Below, piece after piece: positions 30,891-35,632 of a DNA stretch of 35,632 nucleotides; position 1 is the stretch's first letter, and each line of letters starts with the position of its first letter. The notes beneath the pieces were generated by a model. The model was not told the origin of the DNA, made no database searches, and worked only from the letters and a program-made list of their open reading frames with translations. A program made the position numbers and the translations under genes. The DNA is from a virus. The stretch covers positions 1 through 35,632 of the IMG/VR virus record IMGVR_UViG_3300017613_000573; one strand, given 5' to 3'.

Positions 30891-33800
30891 TGCAGAATTT
30901 TGATCGACGTGGCATAGAGGATCTAAACGATGAGGCTCGACGTGTAGGCCCTACCGGGGCGGAAAGCTTTGAGGAGCCTGGTTTCCTTGAGGTCCATAAT
31001 GCTTTCGACAAATATTCTACTAACGAGGCGCGATCAGACTCCGAGGAAATTCTCATGGAGGCGGACGTTAATACCGCGCTCGAGGCTTATGCTCAAGTAA
31101 GGCCTGATATCAGGGATATGATGGAGCCGGATATGGTTACGCCTGGTTATATGGCGCCTAGTTTTTATAAACGCAAAGAATTATTAAAGGCCCTGGAGCA
31201 AGATATCATTCGGGATCAGGCAAAATTCCCGGACGCGGGCCTGTCTACACTGGGCTCATTGATGCAAGCCACCCAGGAAAAAGCAAAAACAGACCGAGAA
31301 ACGGCCATGAGAATGTTTGCCAATGCTCGGGGTATGTCAAAAGCTGGCATTGTCACCGGTGCGGCTACCGGTATTATTACAGATCCTTTAATCCTGGCGA
31401 CTCTACCCATGGGCGCGGGTACAATCTCTGGCGCTGGTATCGCTGGAAACGCATTTAAAGCTTTTAAGCTTGAGGCCATGATCGCGGGCGTATCTGAAAC
31501 CGCTATCCAGCCACAAGTCTACAACTGGAAAAAACAAATAAACTCGCCCTATTCGGTCCAAGAGGCGGCGCTTAATATCGTGGTGGCCATGGGTGCAGCT
31601 GGCGCCATACGTGCTACAGGCTCGACGATCGTGGACGTAGCGGAGCTCAGGGGTGCGGCCAAGTTAAAACGCACCGAGGGCGGTAAGACGGCTAATTCTG
31701 AGGCCGATATCCTGGAGTCTCATGCCGATAATATCGAGGCGGCGGGTGAGGATATTCCTGGACACTTCGACGCAATGGACCAGGCGATCGATCGATTCGA
31801 GGGCGGACGTTCCGCGGACACTGGAAAAACGGCTGAGCATGTTGAGGCGGTGGATCCAAATAGTGTTTTAATTGATGCAGATCAATTTCAGTTTAAAGCG
31901 GGTGCGGATATCGAGGGAGTAACTGAGCGCCTAAAAGGTGTTGAGCGCTGGGATCCAAAGCTGGCCGGTATTGCGATCGTGTACGAAAACAACCAGAGCC
32001 AGCGGTTTATTGTAGATGGCCATCAGAGAGTTAGCCTGGCTAAACGTATGATCGAAGGCGGCCAGGATCCATCCGAGGTAAACCTTAACGCGATAGTCCT
32101 CAGAGAGGGGGATGGCGTTAGCGTTGCCGATGCCAGGCAGATAGCCGCGGTTAAAAATATAGCCGAGGGAACCGGGTCCGCGGTGGATACCGCTAAGATA
32201 TTCAGAGAGCTCGGAGAAACCGGGCTGGATCTTATGCCTAGTTTACCTCCTAAATCAGCCCTTGTTGCTGCAGGGCGCGGGCTGGCTAACCTGGATGATG
32301 ATGCCTTTGTCATGGTTATTAATGGCGTGGTAGACGAGCGCATAGGCGGTATTGTGGGCGAATTGGTCCAGGATGGTGCTGAACAAAAAGCAATTATCAG
32401 CGCTCTGGCTCAGGCTGAACCAGCTAACCAGGTCCAGGCTCGTATCATGGTTAATGATATGAAAGCGGCCGGATTTCAAAAAACAGAGACTATGGACCTA
32501 TTTGGCGGCCAGGAAATAACTGAGAGCCTATTCAAAGAACGTGCCAAAATTGTAGAGCATACACTCAAAAGATTGCGCAATGACAAGGCAACCTTTAAAA
32601 CTTTGGAGCGCCAGGCTTCTGATATTGCCGACGCTGGTAACGTATTAAAACGCGAGGCTAACCTTGCTAGGATTGCTACCGATGAAGAAACGATCGCACA
32701 AATCACAAAATCAGCAAACACAAAAGGGGATATCTCCGACGCGCTCAGCGAAGCCAGCCGCACCCTCAAAGAAACCGGTAACGTCAACCAAGCGACCAAT
32801 GATTTTCTCGGGGCCATTCGAGGAGCGGACGCTGAACAACGTGCTCCGGGGGTTAGAGCTGGCGAGCCTGGACAACCTACAGAAGCAATAGAGTTTAAAA
32901 AAGGTAAGCCGGTCAACTTTGATAATCTCGATGAGGTTGGCCAGAAAGCGGCTGAGATTGAATTTAAAAGCAAACAGGCCGGCCGAAGTGTTGAGGATAC
33001 TTACAAAGTAGCTACTAAAAACCAGGGCCAATTAACTCGAGCAGCTAACTCTATTAAAAAGGAATTAGGTGAGGACGTTGAATACCTAAACCCTGGTATT
33101 AAAAAGCGAGCGGATACTGAGGCCAAGGTCGAGCGTAAGGGTTACGTGGATGCTGGAGAATTGACCGACGTGGTTCGCGGTGGCTTCCTGGTACGCACCC
33201 AGGGCCAGGGCGATCAAGTGGCTGATCTTCTGGCTAAAAAATTCGAGGTTATGGATGAGTCCTGGAAGGTAAACGATGCCGGATACTTCGATCGCAAGGT
33301 TATGGTCCGATTTAAGGATGGCACAGTGGGCGAGATCCAGATCTGGGAGCCGCACATGCTACTCGCTAAAGAGGGCGAGGCCGGTCTTAAGTTTATTCCT
33401 AAAAAATGGATCGATCCAAAACAAAGAGTATTAACTAATACGGCCTCAGGTCATGGCATTTATGAACGTATGCGAGCCTTAATTAAGGACGGACGTGTGA
33501 CGGACGTTAAAGCTTATAGAGCGCTCGAGGCAGAATCAGCGGAAGTTTATGCCGACGCTATGCGATCAGCAAACATGGATTGGAAGACGCTCATAGAAAC
33601 ACGGCGACCAGAATCCAAGATTTCAGCCGGTGAGGCTTTAGACCAGGCGCCTGGTGCGGCGTCAGATTTAACGAAGAAGCCAGAAATACCCTCAGGCGTT
33701 TCAACAACGACGGCGGGGCGGGCTTCCCAGTTAACCCAGGATGTGACTGATGATGGTGTGAAAGGAGTTTCCATACCTGATAATATAGCAAAGGGCGATA

Positions 33801-34030
33801 AGGAAATCAAAGCAAAATACACGGATGAGCCAGTGGATCCAGAAGTGGCGGCCAAAGAGGCGGCCCTGGATCGTGAGATATACGACCAGGATTTAGATAT
33901 CCCGGTCGGGATTAAAACCGACGAGGATGGTAATATCGTCGCACACACCCTGAGCGCTCGAGAGGTTTATGATGATATCGACGGCCAGGCTAATGCGCTG
34001 AAAGAGCTGGAGGGCTGTTTAGTTGGCTAA
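30890..34030 (+). CDS. Large internal virion 'polyvalent' protein: glycine-zipper membrane region, ParB-like domain, RelA/SpoT-like nucleotidyltransferase domain
   Basis: Hydrophobic G/A-rich region (GIVTGAATGIITDPLILATLPMGAGTISGAGIAGN). ParB/Srx-like FIVDGHQRVSLAKRM (about 31850-32130). RSH-like PGIKKRADTEAKVERKG..LTDVVRGGFLV..AGYFDRKVMVRF.DGTVGEIQIW (about 33095-33480). Confidence 0.7.
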   Translation: MQNFDRRGIEDLNDEARRVGPTGAESFEEPGFLEVHNAFDKYSTNEARSDSEEILMEADVNTALEAYAQVRPDIRDMMEPDMVTPGYMAPSFYKRKELLKALEQDIIRDQAKFPDAGLSTLGSLMQATQEKAKTDRETAMRMFANARGMSKAGIVTGAATGIITDPLILATLPMGAGTISGAGIAGNAFKAFKLEAMIAGVSETAIQPQVYNWKKQINSPYSVQEAALNIVVAMGAAGAIRATGSTIVDVAELRGAAKLKRTEGGKTANSEADILESHADNIEAAGEDIPGHFDAMDQAIDRFEGGRSADTGKTAEHVEAVDPNSVLIDADQFQFKAGADIEGVTERLKGVERWDPKLAGIAIVYENNQSQRFIVDGHQRVSLAKRMIEGGQDPSEVNLNAIVLREGDGVSVADARQIAAVKNIAEGTGSAVDTAKIFRELGETGLDLMPSLPPKSALVAAGRGLANLDDDAFVMVINGVVDERIGGIVGELVQDGAEQKAIISALAQAEPANQVQARIMVNDMKAAGFQKTETMDLFGGQEITESLFKERAKIVEHTLKRLRNDKATFKTLERQASDIADAGNVLKREANLARIATDEETIAQITKSANTKGDISDALSEASRTLKETGNVNQATNDFLGAIRGADAEQRAPGVRAGEPGQPTEAIEFKKGKPVNFDNLDEVGQKAAEIEFKSKQAGRSVEDTYKVATKNQGQLTRAANSIKKELGEDVEYLNPGIKKRADTEAKVERKGYVDAGELTDVVRGGFLVRTQGQGDQVADLLAKKFEVMDESWKVNDAGYFDRKVMVRFKDGTVGEIQIWEPHMLLAKEGEAGLKFIPKKWIDPKQRVLTNTASGHGIYERMRALIKDGRVTDVKAYRALEAESAEVYADAMRSANMDWKTLIETRRPESKISAGEALDQAPGAASDLTKKPEIPSGVSTTTAGRASQLTQDVTDDGVKGVSIPDNIAKGDKEIKAKYTDEPVDPEVAAKEAALDREIYDQDLDIPVGIKTDEDGNIVAHTLSAREVYDDIDGQANALKELEGCLVG

Positions 34031-35632
34031 CTTAAAAGATTGTATCGAGGCGGCGGTCGCTACCGGAAAGATATCCGATGAGGAGGCTCAGGACCTTGCG
34101 CGTAGAATTGATCAATATCAAGACCAGATTGTATTACGTGGTGAAGTTTCACCAGAGGCGGCGCTGTCAGAGGCGGAGCAAGCGGTATTAAAAGCTAAAG
34201 GCGCTGAGCTCGCACTCAAAAAACGCCAGGCGCGGCTCCAGGCCGTGGCCCTTCACAAGATAACTAACCAGGTGCAAGATCATCCGGCCGGTGTAAAGGT
34301 CGGCGTTATGTCTCTCCTGGTTAAGGATGTGGGCTCGAGAGCGGCTTATTCTAATATTGACGCCCGTGGTAACGCCATCCTGGCCACATATCATGCCAAG
34401 TTTGCCGAGGCCATGGATAAATTCAGGACTAAAAATCTAGGTTTCTCCCAGGATGTAGATGGCCTCAGGAATATGGTGCGTGAATTATTTAACTCTCCGA
34501 CGGGTGATAGTACGGCTGCCTCAATGGCTAAGATCTGGAGTGATACGGCTGAGATGGCTCGAGTTCGTTTTAATCGTGCCGGTGGTGCTATCCCTAAGCG
34601 TGAGGATTGGGGGATGCCTCAGTGGCATGATCCTGTAAGAGTTTCCAGGGTATCAAAAGAAAACTGGATCGATGGGATTAAGGATAAACTCGATCGTAAT
34701 AAAATGCTCGACGACGCTGGGCTCCCTATCAATGATATGCAGCTTGAGCAGATGCTCGCTCGATCTTATGATGAAATAGCAACCGATGGCCTGGCCTCTA
34801 TGACGCCTGGCAGAATGGGCGGATCTAAACTGGCTAACCGCCATAGGGACCATAGAACACTCCCCTTTAAAACAGCGGACGACTGGCTGGAATACCACGA
34901 TAATTTCGGCCATGCGGACCTGTATGCGACGTTAACAGATCATTTAAGCAGTATGGCCAATGATACAGCCAAGCTCGAAATACTAGGCCCTAACCCTCAG
35001 GCTTCCTGGAGATACATGAGGGATATGGCTTTGAAAGACGCAGAGGGCGAGGGCCTGGATATGGCGCTCCTGGATTCTGTCTGGAGGGTGGTGTCTGGTG
35101 AGGCTAATCAAACTAAATCTGTAAAGCTTGCCGACTTTATGCAGTCGGTTCGCTCGCTCCTGGTGGCCAGCAAGTTGGGCGGCGCCATGTTATCAGCTGT
35201 ATCAGACACGGCTTTCCTGAAAAAAACCTCAAGCTTTAACGGCATACCCGCGACCAAAGTATTTCAACGTATGAGCTCGCTATTAAATCCAGCTAATGAG
35301 GCGGATCGATTAACTGCAGTTAAGATGCAATTAACGGCGGACGCCTGGGCGAATCATGCCCTGGCTGCAAATCGTTTCACTGAGGTTACGGGTGCGGGCT
35401 TCTCGGCTAAGATTGCCGACTTTACCATGCGGGCCTCAATGTTATCAGCCTGGACGGATGCCGGGCGTAAGGCCTTTGGCATGGAGTTCCAGAGCTTATT
35501 AGGTGATATGCAAGGCAAGGCCCTGGCAGAATTGCCTCAAGAGCTCCAGGGCGCGTTTAAACGCTATGGCATAACGGGCGACGACTGGGAGATTATGCGG
35601 GCGACGGATCCATTAACCCATAAAGGAGTTAA
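34023..35632 (+). CDS. 5' part of the wrap-around internal virion protein gene (800 aa in total, continues at 122-914)
   Basis: TTG at 34023 is the first codon after an in-frame TAG. GGAGGG lies 8 nt upstream, in a TTGGCTAA overlap with the upstream stop. The frame stays open to the window end and is in phase with 1-914. (35511-34023+1)+914 = 2403 nt = 801 codons. Confidence 0.75.
   Translation, partial: MANLKDCIEAAVATGKISDEEAQDLARRIDQYQDQIVLRGEVSPEAALSEAEQAVLKAKGAELALKKRQARLQAVALHKITNQVQDHPAGVKVGVMSLLVKDVGSRAAYSNIDARGNAILATYHAKFAEAMDKFRTKNLGFSQDVDGLRNMVRELFNSPTGDSTAASMAKIWSDTAEMARVRFNRAGGAIPKREDWGMPQWHDPVRVSRVSKENWIDGIKDKLDRNKMLDDAGLPINDMQLEQMLARSYDEIATDGLASMTPGRMGGSKLANRHRDHRTLPFKTADDWLEYHDNFGHADLYATLTDHLSSMANDTAKLEILGPNPQASWRYMRDMALKDAEGEGLDMALLDSVWRVVSGEANQTKSVKLADFMQSVRSLLVASKLGGAMLSAVSDTAFLKKTSSFNGIPATKVFQRMSSLLNPANEADRLTAVKMQLTADAWANHALAANRFTEVTGAGFSAKIADFTMRASMLSAWTDAGRKAFGMEFQSLLGDMQGKALAELPQELQGAFKRYGITGDDWEIMRATDPLTHKGV
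35512..35632. repeat. Terminal overlap copy 2 (identical to 1-121)
   Basis: Same 121-nt string as the window start. Confidence 0.9.

Overview
The window is a complete, circularly closed (or circularly permuted) tailed-phage genome. The first 121 nt (1-121) are identical to the last 121 nt (35512-35632), so the unique length is 35,511 bp. One 800-codon gene runs off the right end and continues at the left end.

Layout:
- A leftward (minus-strand) early arm spans about 12336 down to 5534. It carries a small membrane peptide, an HD-domain small-alarmone-hydrolase-like protein, an ERF annealase, a YqaJ exonuclease, a coiled-coil protein, a winged-helix (wHTH) protein, a DUF1367-like protein and others.
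- A divergent promoter region lies at 12327-12411.
- A long rightward (plus-strand) arm runs from 12420 through the window end and around to 5523. It encodes, in order:
  - a Cro-like HTH protein;
  - a 'nin-like' accessory block: dUTPase-like protein, YbcO/DUF1364, VRR-NUC, two tandem Lar-like proteins and an HNH-AP2 endonuclease;
  - terS and terL;
  - a podovirus (T7/BPP-1-like) virion module: portal, scaffold, major capsid, tail tubular A and B, four internal/ejection proteins and a T7-gp17-type tail fibre;
  - an atypical lysis/envelope cassette.

I found no RNA polymerase, DNA polymerase, integrase, CI-type repressor, tRNA or CRISPR array.

Most interesting observations:
1. A 1046-aa ejection-type 'polyvalent' protein carries a ParB-like domain and a RelA/SpoT-like nucleotidyltransferase domain. 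It is matched by an HD-type alarmone-hydrolase-like gene in the first early operon.
2. A 135-aa signal-peptide protein consists almost only of a YadA-type trimeric-autotransporter membrane anchor. It sits among membrane and coiled-coil proteins where spanins would be expected.
3. A 555-bp non-coding hub (7639-8193) holds a near-consensus promoter, two 15-bp operator-like direct repeats and a hairpin terminator, which together predict a roughly 120-nt antisense RNA.
4. Five early promoters share a phage-specific box (ATAGCT-N3-TGCTATAWW).
5. Three AT-rich, GATC-poor mosaic islands are present.

All functional calls rest on motif recognition by eye. No database search was run.
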